Source of the DNA: Candidatus Latescibacterota bacterium
GTDB taxonomy: Bacteria > Latescibacterota > UBA2968 > GCA-2709665
Length of the DNA stretch: 64,000 nt
Direction of reading: 5' to 3'
NCBI GenBank assembly: GCA_965205485.1
Contig: OZ242180.1
Span: 1,024,001 to 1,088,000 of the forward strand
Numbering within the stretch: position 1 is the stretch's first letter; each line of letters begins with the position of its first letter. Under the pieces are notes generated by a model. That model was not told the origin of the DNA. It saw nothing but the letters and a program-made list of their open reading frames with translations, and ran no database searches. Of the stretch, positions 45,958 to 54,838 are shown in pieces. The translations under genes were made by a program, and so were the position numbers.

Positions 45958-47175
45958 ATGATTTCCGAATTCAACTGGCGCCTGTGCCATCCCGACCTCA
46001 ATTCCCCTGGTGGTGACGTGCCCTGCGCCAGAGAAGCGCCGGGCGCGCTGCTGCCCTACCGGGGACGCCTCTATATGTTCGGCGGCGGAACCCTCAGATA
46101 CGGCGCCTCCACCGGACAGGGTAACAAGTCCACGCTGGGCGCATTGAACGACCTGTGGGAGTACGATCCGGCTGTTGAGGAATGGAACCTGTTGGAAGCA
46201 AACAACGGCGCGGCCGGGTTCGACGCCTCGGCGGATCGTCCTTGTGCGCGCATGCTGCCCGCGTGGGTTGAATTAGACGACCGGTTCTATCTGTTCGGCG
46301 GGTTGTCGATCCTGAGCGCGGGCTGGAAGTTCACGCTGCTGAACGACCTCTGGATGTACGATCCCGCGGATGCGCGTTGGACGCTGCTGGAGCCGGATGA
46401 CGGCGTATTGCTCGAGCATCCCGATTTTGCCGGACGAGGCCGGCCGGCGACGATAGGCGGATTCGGCACGGCCGTTATCGGGAGCAGGATCTATCTCTTT
46501 GGCGGTTGGGGCCACCGGGCGCCGCTTCCCCCGTCGGTCGAAACCGCGGTGCTTAGCAGGCAACTATGGATCTATGACACCCGGACCGGAAACTGGGACC
46601 GGATCGAACCGGCGGAGGGCGCGGCTGTCCCACCGAAACGGTACGTCATGTCGATGGCGGCCTGGGAGGAACGGATCTATGTCTGGGCGGGGCGGGACAC
46701 GCAGGAACGGGATCCGCAATTCTATAACGATCTCTGGTGCTTCGATCCGGCCACGCGCGGATGGACCTGTCTCGCGGAAAATGATTTTGGGGCGGCAAAC
46801 CGGCCTTCCGCCAGGTACGGCCAGGGTTCGGCAAGGATCGGGGACCAGTGGTATGTTTTCGGCGGGTTCGGTCCGCGGGGGACGTTCATGCCGGAAGAAG
46901 TGAACGGGCCGCAATTAAACGATCTTTGGCGCCTGCATCTGAGTACCGGAGAGTGGACCTGCCTGCAGGCGCACGACGGTTCGAAGGATTATTCGGAGTC
47001 CGCGGCGTATCCGGGCGTCCGGCGCGTTCCGGGCATGACAGCTCTGGATGACTCGGTGTACCTGTTCGGCGGTCTGGACCTTGCCAGCGGCCCGAACGAC
47101 GACGGTCCCGTGACGGGTTTCAATGACCTCTGGGTCGGGCGCGAATCATTGACTCACGAACCGAAGATCGTGTAA
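45958..47175 (+). CDS. Kelch-repeat beta-propeller protein
   Basis: About six repeats of (L/I)Y(L/M)FGG...NDLW.YDP...W. Confidence 0.85.
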   Translation: MISEFNWRLCHPDLNSPGGDVPCAREAPGALLPYRGRLYMFGGGTLRYGASTGQGNKSTLGALNDLWEYDPAVEEWNLLEANNGAAGFDASADRPCARMLPAWVELDDRFYLFGGLSILSAGWKFTLLNDLWMYDPADARWTLLEPDDGVLLEHPDFAGRGRPATIGGFGTAVIGSRIYLFGGWGHRAPLPPSVETAVLSRQLWIYDTRTGNWDRIEPAEGAAVPPKRYVMSMAAWEERIYVWAGRDTQERDPQFYNDLWCFDPATRGWTCLAENDFGAANRPSARYGQGSARIGDQWYVFGGFGPRGTFMPEEVNGPQLNDLWRLHLSTGEWTCLQAHDGSKDYSESAAYPGVRRVPGMTALDDSVYLFGGLDLASGPNDDGPVTGFNDLWVGRESLTHEPKIV

Positions 47176-47191
47176 TGACGGGAGATGGACG

Positions 47192-48013
47192 ATGAAACTG
47201 ATGATTATGACGGACCTGGAAGGCGTGGCCGGCATTCTGAATTTCGATGACTGGTGCGTGCCGGACGCGATGTATTACGATAAGGCGAAGAGGCTGCTGA
47301 CGCTGGAAGTCAACGCCGCGGTGGACGGGTTCAGCGAAGGCGGCGCGGAAGAGATCCTGGTGGTCGACGGGCACGGACACGGCGCCATGGATCCGGAACT
47401 CCTGGACGAGCGCGCGCAACTGATGCGAGGCCACGCGGCCCCGATCTGGCCCTGGAGCCTGGACGGGTCTTATCAGGGGGTGGCATACGTGGGGCAGCAC
47501 GCGAAGGCGGGAACGCCATGGTCGCATCTGACCCATACAGGGAGTTTCGCTTGCGTGGACTATGCGATCAACGGGATTTCCATTGGAGAATACGGGCAGC
47601 TGGTGCTGTGCGCGATGGAACTCGGGGTGCCGGCGATTTTCGCGGCGGGCGAGGAAGCGTTCGCGGCTGAGGCCGAGGCGCTGACCCCCGGCGTGGTGGC
47701 CGTGGGCGTGAAACGCGGGCTGCTTCCCGACGGGCTGGAACACCTGGACGCCGACGCCTACGGCCGCGCCAAGCTGAGCGCGGTCAACCTCGCGCCGGCC
47801 CGGTCCCGCGCGCTCATCCGCGAGGGCGCCAGGGAGGCGATCGAAAAGCTGAAAGGAAATCCTTCGTCTTTCCGATATCCGGAAATGACCCCGCCGTACG
47901 TTCGCACCGCGAGCTACCGCAAACGCGGCGATTCGCCGGGTTTCAGCACCCGCGACGAGCACCCCGACAGCATCATCGGACTGATGAATATGCCGCAGAC
48001 GAGGGTGGCGTAA
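47192..48013 (+). CDS. dppA: M55 family metallopeptidase (D-aminopeptidase DppA-like)
   Basis: MTDLEGVAG, EVNAAVDG, VDGHG, VGQHAKAG...LTHT, INGISIGE. Confidence 0.85.
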   Translation: MKLMIMTDLEGVAGILNFDDWCVPDAMYYDKAKRLLTLEVNAAVDGFSEGGAEEILVVDGHGHGAMDPELLDERAQLMRGHAAPIWPWSLDGSYQGVAYVGQHAKAGTPWSHLTHTGSFACVDYAINGISIGEYGQLVLCAMELGVPAIFAAGEEAFAAEAEALTPGVVAVGVKRGLLPDGLEHLDADAYGRAKLSAVNLAPARSRALIREGAREAIEKLKGNPSSFRYPEMTPPYVRTASYRKRGDSPGFSTRDEHPDSIIGLMNMPQTRVA

Positions 48014-48067
48014 CCCGGCCGGCATCCGGTTGAAATCGCGGTAACCCGTGTATTTGGGAGCATTCGA

Positions 48068-48700
48068 ATGATTGAAATCACGCACGAATTCGACGCGCCG
48101 GGCCCGCAGCCGAACGGCATGCAGGCCACGGCGGACGGATTCTGGTTTCTGGACCAGAAAACAAACCAGGCGGCTCTGGTTTCATTCACCGGCGAAACCC
48201 TCAAAACACTTGATACGGCATCGGACCGGGGGAGCGGAATTACGGACGCCGGTTCGGCATTGTGGCTGGCCTCCACGTATGACCGGAAGATCCTGCGCGT
48301 GGATCGCGAAACGGGCGAGACCGTGGACCGGTTCGATACACCCGGCGCGGAGGCAACGGGCGCCCACGGCCTGGAGTTGCGCGATGGATACCTCTGGATG
48401 GCGGTGCCCCCGTCGGCGACGATATACCAGGTGGATCTGAAGAACGGCTTCGAAATGGTACACTCGATCCCGGCGCCCGGGGACCGTCCGCACGGGATCG
48501 CCTGGGAGGCCGGCGACCTCTGGTGCGTCGAGACCAATCACCGCGCAGTCTACCGCCTGAACTCGGCGGACGGAGCGATTCTGGATAAGATCGAGATTCC
48601 TGCGGAGTATCCCGAACCGCATGGGATGACGATGTGGGATGGGACAATCTGGTACTGCGACGCCGGGTCCCGGGCGGTATGCCGGGTGACGAGGCAATAA
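48068..48700 (+). CDS. Small beta-propeller protein (glutaminyl-cyclase/Vgb-like repeats)
   Basis: Repeats PGPQPNGM, PGAEATGAHGL, PGDRPHGIAW, PEPHGMTMW, each followed by LW. Confidence 0.65.
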   Translation: MIEITHEFDAPGPQPNGMQATADGFWFLDQKTNQAALVSFTGETLKTLDTASDRGSGITDAGSALWLASTYDRKILRVDRETGETVDRFDTPGAEATGAHGLELRDGYLWMAVPPSATIYQVDLKNGFEMVHSIPAPGDRPHGIAWEAGDLWCVETNHRAVYRLNSADGAILDKIEIPAEYPEPHGMTMWDGTIWYCDAGSRAVCRVTRQ

Positions 48701-48778
48701 GGTCGCCAATTTCGCCGTAGAACCCGCGGGCGCCGGCGGGCGGGGACCGTTTTCTCTGCGCGGACCGATTGACAGGTC

Positions 48779-49681
48779 ATGAGCGAAAACGAAAGAGATA
48801 CGGCGCGCATCTTCGCGCTGTCGGACGTCCACGTGGACTCCGCGCTGAATCTGGCCTGGATGAGTTCGCTGTCCGAGTCCGACTTCCAGCGGGACGTGCT
48901 GATTCTGGCCGGCGACGTGAGCGACCGGATGGACCGGCTGGAGAGGACGCTGGCCGGCGTGCGCTCCAGGTTCGCAGACGTGTTTTTCGTGCCGGGAAAC
49001 CATGAGTTGTGGGTACGGAGAGCGGGGCTGCCGCGCGGCTCTCTGGGCAAATTCGACCAGGTGCTTTCCCTTTGCGATCGACTCGACGTCAGGACGCGTC
49101 CCGGCAGGGTCGGAAACCGGACGGGCGCATGGATTGTCCCGCTCTTTTCGTGGTATCTGAAACCCGAGGAGGGTCCCGACAGCCTGTTTACGCCCAAAGC
49201 GGGCGAGGACGAGACCCTGTCAATGTGGAGCGATGACCATTTCGTCAGGTGGCCCGAGAGCGCGCGGCCGCCCGCGGAGTTTTTCCTCAGCGCGAATGAG
49301 AGGAACATATCAGGGACGTACGAAGCGCCGGTGATCTCGTTCAGCCACTTCCTGCCGAGACGGGAGTTGATATTCGGCATACCGGCGCCGCGGCGGTGGG
49401 GCGGATCGCCCGGAGACCCGCATCCCGCGTTCAACTTCAGCCGCGTGGCGGGATGCCGGGGCCTGGATGCGCAGATTCGCCGACTCGGGTCCACCATTCA
49501 CGTCTACGGCCATCAGCATCGCAATCGGCTTCGCGAAATTGACGGCGTAACCTATGTTTCTCATTGTCTGGGGTACCCGCGGGAAAGGGAGAACGGGCAT
49601 ATTCGAGGGCTTGACAGGGGCCCTCGCCTGATCTGGGATGCAGGCGGCCCGGAGAAAAGTCGAGGAGAGAGTGGAGAGTAG
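48779..49681 (+). CDS. Calcineurin-like metallophosphoesterase
   Basis: SDVHVD, AGDVSD, PGNHEL, SHFLPR, YGHQH motifs. Confidence 0.88.
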   Translation: MSENERDTARIFALSDVHVDSALNLAWMSSLSESDFQRDVLILAGDVSDRMDRLERTLAGVRSRFADVFFVPGNHELWVRRAGLPRGSLGKFDQVLSLCDRLDVRTRPGRVGNRTGAWIVPLFSWYLKPEEGPDSLFTPKAGEDETLSMWSDDHFVRWPESARPPAEFFLSANERNISGTYEAPVISFSHFLPRRELIFGIPAPRRWGGSPGDPHPAFNFSRVAGCRGLDAQIRRLGSTIHVYGHQHRNRLREIDGVTYVSHCLGYPRERENGHIRGLDRGPRLIWDAGGPEKSRGESGE

Positions 49682-49782
49682 TGAGAAAAGAGAGAAAACG
49701 CGTCATAGGCCTCTCACTACTCTTTCCTTTCGCGTTTCCCGATCTGCTTTTTGTCGTTACTCACTCCTCTTTCCTCTCTCCT
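49663..49782. repeat. Purine/pyrimidine heptamer-like inverted repeat tract
   Basis: AGAGTAGTGAGA (49675-49686) pairs perfectly with TCTCACTACTCT (49712-49723). A second degenerate pyrimidine copy lies at 49758-49782. Confidence 0.5.
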
Positions 49783-49802
49783 GGTTTTGGGGGCGTTAGC
49801 GT

Positions 49803-50297
49803 ATGAAGCGGCTATATGTGATTCGGCACGCGAAGTCCAGCTGGAGCGATCCGGCGCTTGGCGATTTCGAGCGCCCGTTGAACAAGCGCGGCAAACGGGA
49901 CGCGCCCTTTATGGGCAAGCGTCTGAAAGAAGGCGGTGCGAAGCCGGACATGATCGTCACCAGTCCCGCGAAACGCGCGGTCAAGACGGCCCGCGAAATC
50001 GCGAAGGCGTTGGGATTTCCCGCCAGGAAGATCGTCGAGGAAATGGCGGTCTACGAAGCGAGCCTGTACGACTTGCTTGCCGTCGTGCGGAAAATCCCGG
50101 ACACGTACGGCGAAGTGATCATGGTGGGCCACAATCCAGGCTTCTCGGACCTGGCCGGCTACCTTGTTTCGGATTCAAACGTCTATATGCCAACCTGCGC
50201 CGTCTTTCGCGTGGATCTGGATATCCATTCCTGGGTGCGCGTAACGGCGGGTCTCGGGCGGATGGTCTCGTACGACTATCCCAAAAAACACGCATAG
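49803..50297 (+). CDS. sixA: SixA-like phosphohistidine phosphatase
   Basis: IRHAKSSW..DFERPLNKRG, TSPAKRAVKTA, VGHNPG, MPTC. Confidence 0.88.
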   Translation: MKRLYVIRHAKSSWSDPALGDFERPLNKRGKRDAPFMGKRLKEGGAKPDMIVTSPAKRAVKTAREIAKALGFPARKIVEEMAVYEASLYDLLAVVRKIPDTYGEVIMVGHNPGFSDLAGYLVSDSNVYMPTCAVFRVDLDIHSWVRVTAGLGRMVSYDYPKKHA

Positions 50298-50364
50298 ACC
50301 GGCGTGATTCAACCGCAATTTAAAAGTGCACAAACGTTATAATGGCCACAAAGTGCCTGAATGC

Positions 50365-50392
50365 GGGTAGAGGGTAGAGGGAAGACGGTAGA
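50365..50392 (+). repeat. Short heptamer tandem repeat
   Basis: GGGTAGA GGGTAGA GGGAAGA CGGTAGA. Confidence 0.5.
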
Positions 50393-50478
50393 AGAAATGC
50401 GGAATCTGACGGGTCGGTGTGATGTTGTGTGGTAGGTCTTTATCCTGTCCATCCATGTAAATCCCGGTCTTACGTTAA

Positions 50479-51231
50479 ATGATCGATCTGACGATTGAAG
50501 ACGGAATTGCGTGGCTGACGTTGAACCGGCCCGAGGTGCTGAATGCGATGGATCTCGAAAGCGTGCGCGCGTTTGGTGGCCACCTTGACGAGATTCGCGG
50601 TAATGAAGACGTGCGGGCTGTGGTCACCTGTGGCGCGGGCCGGGCGTTTTGCGCCGGCAGCGATCTGAAAGAGCTGGCGCCGTTGACCGCGGAGGGGGCC
50701 GCGGATGTGGAACGCGCGCATGCTGATGCCTTCGCTCTGCTCGACGACATCCCCCAACCCACGGTCGCGATGCTGCACGGCCACGTTCTGGGTGGCGGTG
50801 TTGGGCTCGCTTTGTATCACGACTTCCGGATCGCATCGGAATCGGCGAGGTTGGGGATGCCGGAAGTGGAACTGGGATGGACACCGCCCTGGGGGCTGGG
50901 CCGGCTTGTCGACGCGGTTGGCGGCGCGGCCGCGAGGTGGATCGTGATGGGCTGCGAAACGGTGACCGGCGGCGAAGCGAAGGCAATCGGCCTGGTGCAC
51001 GAGTGTGTCGCCGACGACGCGTTGAAAGACCGGGTCAGGACATTCGCGCTGCGTCTTGCATCGTATCCTCCTGCGGCATTGAGAGAGACCAAGAAGCTGC
51101 TGAACCGGATATCCTCCGCTCGCGACGCCAGGTGGGACGCCGCGGCTTCCGAAGCGTTCGAGGCCTGTATCGGAAGGGACGAGGCTCGCGCGAACCTGGA
51201 GGCGTTCATTGCGCGGAAGAAGGACCGATGA
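50479..51231 (+). CDS. Enoyl-CoA hydratase/isomerase family protein
   Basis: LTLNRPEVLNAM, AFCAGSDLKE, HGHVLGGG, MPEVELG. Confidence 0.92.
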   Translation: MIDLTIEDGIAWLTLNRPEVLNAMDLESVRAFGGHLDEIRGNEDVRAVVTCGAGRAFCAGSDLKELAPLTAEGAADVERAHADAFALLDDIPQPTVAMLHGHVLGGGVGLALYHDFRIASESARLGMPEVELGWTPPWGLGRLVDAVGGAAARWIVMGCETVTGGEAKAIGLVHECVADDALKDRVRTFALRLASYPPAALRETKKLLNRISSARDARWDAAASEAFEACIGRDEARANLEAFIARKKDR

Positions 51232-52802
51232 TCGACGTTTCGGGGAACCGGACGCTCTACGGCGATTTCTCGGGTTTCGCCTGGAAGCAGCCGGACCGGG
51301 AGTGGATGGTGTACGAACGGGGAGACGGGCAGGTCTTCCGGTGGACCCGCGCCTCGTTTCTGAAGAGCGTCCATCAAGCGGTCAATCTCTTGCGGGAACT
51401 GGGAATCCGCCCGGGAGACGTCTTCAATCTCCACCTGTCCAACCATCCGGCCTACGCACAGCTGATCCTTGCCGCATCGTACCTCGGGGCCGTGGTGATG
51501 CCCACGAATCCGGCCTCGACGACGGATGAACTGGCGTACCTGGTCGCCCATTCGGAAAGCAAGGCGATTTTTACGGAAGCGGGATGCCTGGATGTGACAG
51601 ACGGGGTTGCGGCGGATTCGGAAATCCGTACGGTGTTATGCGATACGGGAGAAGCGTTGCCGGGCGGATACCCGGTCTATGAAGAATGGATGTCGGCGCA
51701 GAGCGCCGAACCCGTCGACGGGCATGGCGGGGCGGAGCGCGTGGTGCAACTCCTCTATACGTCCGGTACCACCTCACGGCCCAAGGGCGTGATGCTGACC
51801 AATGCCTGTTTCGTCTATGGCGCGGAAGTGTTCGCCGCGGGATCGGGTCTGCGGCGGGAGGACCGGCACCTGGTGGTGCTTCCCCTGTTTCACGCCGGGG
51901 CGCAATGCCACGCGCTGTGGCCGTGCCTGGTAACCGGCGCGAGTGTGGCCGTGATGGCCCGTTTCAGCGCAAGCCGGTTCTTCGAGCAGGCCATTGAATA
52001 CGGGTGTACCATGGGCGCGATGTTCGGGGCCTTGCTGCGGATGCTGCTTAACCAGCCGGAGCGTGAAGCCGACGCGGCGCACAGGATCCGCAACATCACC
52101 TTCGCGCAGAATCTGACCGCGGCCCAGTACGCGACCTGGCATCGGAGGTTCGGAGCGCCTCTGCAGCAGTTGTGGGGAATGACCGAAACATGCGGGCTCC
52201 CCGTAATGAGTCCGTTGACGGGCGAACGCAACCTCGCGGCAATGGGAAAGCCCGTGCGCGGTTACGAGGTGAAGGTGGTGGACGAGAAAGGCGGGGACGC
52301 GGCGGCCGGCACGCCGGGTGAGGTGATCGTAAAGGGGATCCCTGGACGGACGATCATGCAGGGGTACCTGAGGAATCCCTGGGCAACGGCCGAAACCCTG
52401 CGAAACCATCCGGACGGGACCTGGCTGTATTCAGGTGATACAGTACGCGCGGACGAAGACGGTTTTCTCTATTTTCTGGATCGGGGAAAGGACCTGATCA
52501 GGCGGTCCGGTGAGAATATCTCGAGTATCGAAGTGGAGGGCGTGATCCAGGAATGCGAAGGCGTCGCGGATGTCTGCGTGGTGGGCGTGCCCGATGAGAT
52601 TCGGGACGAACGGGTCGTCGCGGCGGTCGTGCCGAAAGCCGGTGCTGATCTGAGCGAGGAAGGGATACGGACCTATTGCGCCGGACGGCTCGTGGCGTTC
52701 AAGGTCCCGGACAGGATCGTGTTCGTGGACGCGTTGCCCAGGACGTCGGTCGGCAAAATCCGGAAGCAGGTCGTACGGGACCGGCTGGCAACCGCGTCGT
52801 GA
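51228..52802 (+). CDS. Acyl-CoA ligase (AMP-binding), crotonobetaine/carnitine-CoA ligase-like
   Basis: YTSGTTSRPKGV, PLFHAGAQ, WGMTE, YSGD, DRGKDLIRRSGENISS, LPRTSVGKI. ATGA overlap with the hydratase gene. Confidence 0.9.
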   Translation: MIDVSGNRTLYGDFSGFAWKQPDREWMVYERGDGQVFRWTRASFLKSVHQAVNLLRELGIRPGDVFNLHLSNHPAYAQLILAASYLGAVVMPTNPASTTDELAYLVAHSESKAIFTEAGCLDVTDGVAADSEIRTVLCDTGEALPGGYPVYEEWMSAQSAEPVDGHGGAERVVQLLYTSGTTSRPKGVMLTNACFVYGAEVFAAGSGLRREDRHLVVLPLFHAGAQCHALWPCLVTGASVAVMARFSASRFFEQAIEYGCTMGAMFGALLRMLLNQPEREADAAHRIRNITFAQNLTAAQYATWHRRFGAPLQQLWGMTETCGLPVMSPLTGERNLAAMGKPVRGYEVKVVDEKGGDAAAGTPGEVIVKGIPGRTIMQGYLRNPWATAETLRNHPDGTWLYSGDTVRADEDGFLYFLDRGKDLIRRSGENISSIEVEGVIQECEGVADVCVVGVPDEIRDERVVAAVVPKAGADLSEEGIRTYCAGRLVAFKVPDRIVFVDALPRTSVGKIRKQVVRDRLATAS

Positions 52803-52873
52803 GTTCGATAATCCACGTCGAGTCGGTTGCGGGGACGCGATCGTTTATTCAGTTCACACCGGGGGATACCTTT

Positions 52874-53674
52874 ATGCAGCAGACCATCACACAGGACCAG
52901 TGGAGCGATTACCACCGGGACGGTTTCGTTAAAATCGGGAGTCAGTGCAGCAGCGGGGAACTGGAGGGGCTGCAGCGGCGGATCGACGAGATCATGCTGG
53001 GCCGGGCGCCGCTGGATTACAACCGGCTGACGATGCAGCTGGATTCGAACACCGACCGGTATGACCAGGTGAAGGGCGGCGGTATCGGCCATCAGGGCGC
53101 GAGTCTGGGGTATCGGAAGATCCAGGGACTGGAGTACGATGCACTGTTTCTGGAGTATATGAAGAAGCCGGTTTTCAGGGAGATCTGCGCGTATGTCTAT
53201 GGCGCCCACGCCTCGATCGCCTGTTTCCGGGCCATGTTCATGAACAAACCGGCGCAGCAGGGCTCCGACCTGCCCTGGCACCAGGACGGCGGGAGTTCGT
53301 GGTACGTGGACCGGGATCCGCTGGTCACGGTCTGGACGGCGCTGGACCCGGCCACGACTGAGAACGGATGCGTACAGGTGGTGCCGGGTTCCCATCAACT
53401 GGGGATTCTGAGCGAGCAGGGACATACCATTACGGACGAGCAGGAACGAGTGTTCTGTCCCGAAGACAGGATTTTCGACCTGACGATGGAACCGGGCGAG
53501 GTCGTGATCCTGCACAACTGGCTGCTGCACCGGTCGGGGGTGAACCGGATGGACATTCCCAGGCGGGCGTTCAGCGCGTGTTATATAGACGCGCGAACCC
53601 GTTCCAGTCGAAAGTCTTCATTCTCGATGATCTTCGGCGATGGCGCTTTGATGCCCGACCAGGTCGCCGCATAG
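52874..53674 (+). CDS. Phytanoyl-CoA dioxygenase (PhyH) family Fe(II)/2OG enzyme
   Basis: PWHQD, WTALDPAT.ENGC..VVPGSH, LLHRSG.N...RRA. Confidence 0.9.
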   Translation: MQQTITQDQWSDYHRDGFVKIGSQCSSGELEGLQRRIDEIMLGRAPLDYNRLTMQLDSNTDRYDQVKGGGIGHQGASLGYRKIQGLEYDALFLEYMKKPVFREICAYVYGAHASIACFRAMFMNKPAQQGSDLPWHQDGGSSWYVDRDPLVTVWTALDPATTENGCVQVVPGSHQLGILSEQGHTITDEQERVFCPEDRIFDLTMEPGEVVILHNWLLHRSGVNRMDIPRRAFSACYIDARTRSSRKSSFSMIFGDGALMPDQVAA

Positions 53675-53690
53675 GCAGAGGAGCGTTTCG

Positions 53691-54827
53691 ATGATATTTG
53701 ATTCCCACGCCTATTGTTTCGAGCCGGGGGACGATCCGGCCGGGTTCGAAGACAGCGAGGAGCACATGAAGTGGGTCCAGGAGGCCCAGGGCCTGCACCA
53801 TCAGCCGGCCTGGCGCGTGCGGGACCGGGCGCCGGCGACTTCGGACGGGTTGATCCCGACGGATTACGAGTCCTGGAGCGATCTGCCCGACGTGAACTTT
53901 CGGGTGGACGGTCGGAAGGGGCGGGTGGTCTGGACGATCGACGGGGAGGATTATACGAAACAGTTCTATCCGCCCAATTTGAGGGACCTGGAGTTCACGC
54001 CGCACAGCCTGATCGCGGAGATGGATTACGCGGGCGTGGACATGGCGCTCATCCACACGAACCCGATGCTGACCCGCAACAGCGAATTCCTTGCCGGCTG
54101 CGTGCGTCAGTACCCGGACCGGCTCCGGTCCATGGCGCCCGTGGACGAGTGGCGCATCCGGACCGAGACCGATGCGGTGATTGAGGAACTCCGGACAGCC
54201 ATTCAGGACCATGGACTCCACGCGATCAAGTTCAATGCCCGGCCGGCCTATTTCGGAACCACCGAACCGTGGGACGCGGCGTCCTGCCGGCCGTTCTGGG
54301 ATGCGGCGACCTCGCTTGGCGTGCCGGTTTTCTTTACGCTCGGGTCCGGACCGGGTGACGTGACGCGCCGGATGACGCCGGACGGCGCCCGTCAGGGCTA
54401 CCTGGACGAGCAGAAGGTCCTGGTCCGCTGGATGGAACGCTATCCCGAATCGGTTGTGAATCTGACGCACGGTTTCCCATGGCGCGCATTCGTCTCGGAC
54501 GATCAATTCCAGCCGATGCCGCGGGAGATCTGGCTCCCGTTCGAGAACCCGAACTGCAATCTCGAGGTCTGCTTCCCTGTCCGAATCGGAGACTGGTTCG
54601 ACTTCCCGTACCGGGAGGCGCGGCCGGTGCTGGAGGCCATGGTCGCCAATGTGGGCGCGGACCACCTGAACTGGGGAACGGATATGCCGTTCCAGAACCG
54701 GTTCTGTACGTACCGGCAGTCGAGGCGATGGATCGAGAATTACTGTGCGTTTTTGTGCGCGGACGAGTTGCGAATGATCATGGGGGGAACAACGGCAAGG
54801 ATTCTGGGCGTGGAACCCATAATTTGA
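53691..54827 (+). CDS. Amidohydrolase_2 family protein
   Basis: IFDSHAY, EMDYAGVDMAL, YPDRL, LTHG, VGADHLNWGTDMP, IMGGTTARIL. Confidence 0.82.
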   Translation: MIFDSHAYCFEPGDDPAGFEDSEEHMKWVQEAQGLHHQPAWRVRDRAPATSDGLIPTDYESWSDLPDVNFRVDGRKGRVVWTIDGEDYTKQFYPPNLRDLEFTPHSLIAEMDYAGVDMALIHTNPMLTRNSEFLAGCVRQYPDRLRSMAPVDEWRIRTETDAVIEELRTAIQDHGLHAIKFNARPAYFGTTEPWDAASCRPFWDAATSLGVPVFFTLGSGPGDVTRRMTPDGARQGYLDEQKVLVRWMERYPESVVNLTHGFPWRAFVSDDQFQPMPREIWLPFENPNCNLEVCFPVRIGDWFDFPYREARPVLEAMVANVGADHLNWGTDMPFQNRFCTYRQSRRWIENYCAFLCADELRMIMGGTTARILGVEPII

Positions 54828-54838
54828 GGAATCATCGT

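Noticed and set aside
50877..51227. ORF-track N-terminal extensions (also 37321, 40189, 52676, 54479, 28410, 29201, 21966, 10807)
   Set aside because: They overlap upstream genes or intergenic signals. Downstream starts with an RBS, a signal peptide or stop/start coupling fit better.
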